Assembly (NCBI GenBank): GCA_964187785.1
Contig: OZ076409.1
Coordinates: 89,282,001-89,346,000, forward strand
DNA: 64,000 nt
DNA from: Amphiscolops sp. MND2022
Lineage: Eukaryota
Direction: 5' to 3'
Shown here: positions 62,913-64,000 of the stretch, piece by piece
How the letters are laid out: each line of letters starts with the position of its first letter
How positions within the stretch are numbered: position 1 is the stretch's first letter
Position numbers and translations under genes: made by a program
Notes under the pieces: model-generated
What the model saw: only the letters and a program-made list of their open reading frames with translations
What the model was told of the DNA's origin: nothing
The model's database searches: none

Positions 62913-63736
62913 CTAAAAAGGATCTGTTTGTGGATTAATGATTTTACACTCCCGTTCAGATTCATTACAAATCCGACATTTTTTACCATTTTTATCTTCT
63001 AGACTGTTTATTAATGAATAATTACATTTTTCTTTCCATGCTCCTTTACACAGATGTTTAAACTCATCATAAGACATACCAAAACCTGCTATGTCTCTGT
63101 ATATATGTTCTACAATTTTCAACGTTGTTGAAATAAAATTATTATATTCGAATTGTTTCTAATTGTTCTTTTAGGCAAATCGAAATATGACTGTTACAAA
63201 TATTAAACATCTAAATCATAATGTCTTCCTCTAGTAAAATATGGGTCTATTAGTTTTTGATTAATATCCAACATATCATTAAACAAAACACAACAAATTT
63301 GAAAATCTTGTATTGTTCTTTCTCCTAGATCTTCTTCCACTGAAATACGCAAAGCGCCTTCGGTATATAAATCGGTATCTTCGGTATCTAAGTTCTTGTA
63401 CCGAAGGGCAGCTTCGCTGTATTGTTCCGGACTCCCCGTAATTATTTTTATTTGTTTTTCATTATCATATAAATGAATTAATTAAAATTTGTTTAATACC
63501 AAATGGGTCTTTCCACAAAATGAAGGACCAGCTATTAATGTTCGATTGAATATATTATTATCAATTTCATGATTATTAGCAATTTCATTATTTAAATTTA
63601 TGTTATCATTCTTTAAATTTATATTATCATTATTTATTTCATTATTATTTTTATCATTTAAATGAACCCTTTTAAGAAGGCATCTCTCGATGTTTTGATA
63701 AATATGTTTTATTGAATTCCTTTTTACAGACTTCAC
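62913..63736 (-). pseudogene. A32-like DNA packaging ATPase (Polinton type), frameshifted
   Basis: RTLIAGPSFCGKT (Walker A), VLFNDM (Walker B), FTRGRH, QSYFDLPKRTIRNN and MSYDEFK.LC..AW. Confidence 0.85.
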
Positions 63737-64000
63737 ATTTTACTTTTTTATTGAAACATTCTATACATGAACTATATTATTTACCATTTTAATGCTTGTA
63801 AAATTCTGATTCAAAATTTAATACACTCTTAATATCGTTTTTTATTACAACAATCATCACACAGCAAAGTTGACTTTGCTGGCTCCGCATACAATGATTT
63901 TTCACTACTTTTATCACAAATTAAACACTTCATTTATTTGGTAAAAAATTGCTAAATCACTAAGCAAATTCACCAAGAGCATATCTTCTTAAGTGTAGCA

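Overview
AT-rich animal genomic DNA with spliceosomal introns and dense repeats; the species cannot be established from the sequence. From start to end, the window holds: (1) the 5' part of a degenerate Gypsy LTR retrotransposon (1-3610, minus); (2) a ~185-bp satellite array; (3) an intact 3-exon M20 metallopeptidase gene (PM20D1/CPS1-like); (4) a degenerate CRE-like RLE non-LTR element with an SGNH-esterase ORF upstream; (5) a four-level nest of hAT, CR1 and Tc1-type insertions (15764-23125); (6) a young 14.5-kb Gypsy element (27910-42439, minus); (7) a NERD-like nuclease/SF1 helicase host gene; (8) a second satellite array with a 371-bp higher-order unit; (9) two divergent, head-to-head Polinton/adintovirus-like morphogenesis modules plus an A32 ATPase. 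The main finding is the 14.5-kb Gypsy element. Besides gag and a -1 frameshifted pol, it carries an antisense 8-exon, ~1037-codon gene that looks like a catalytically dead hAT transposase, and a divergently oriented sense ORF3 with SIM- and NLS-like motifs. The element inserted into exon 1 of the helicase gene. Its 5' LTR lacks 12 terminal nt and is followed by a ~2.1-kb duplication of host DNA that restores an intact exon 1. All family assignments are by-eye motif recognition and need HMM or structure searches.
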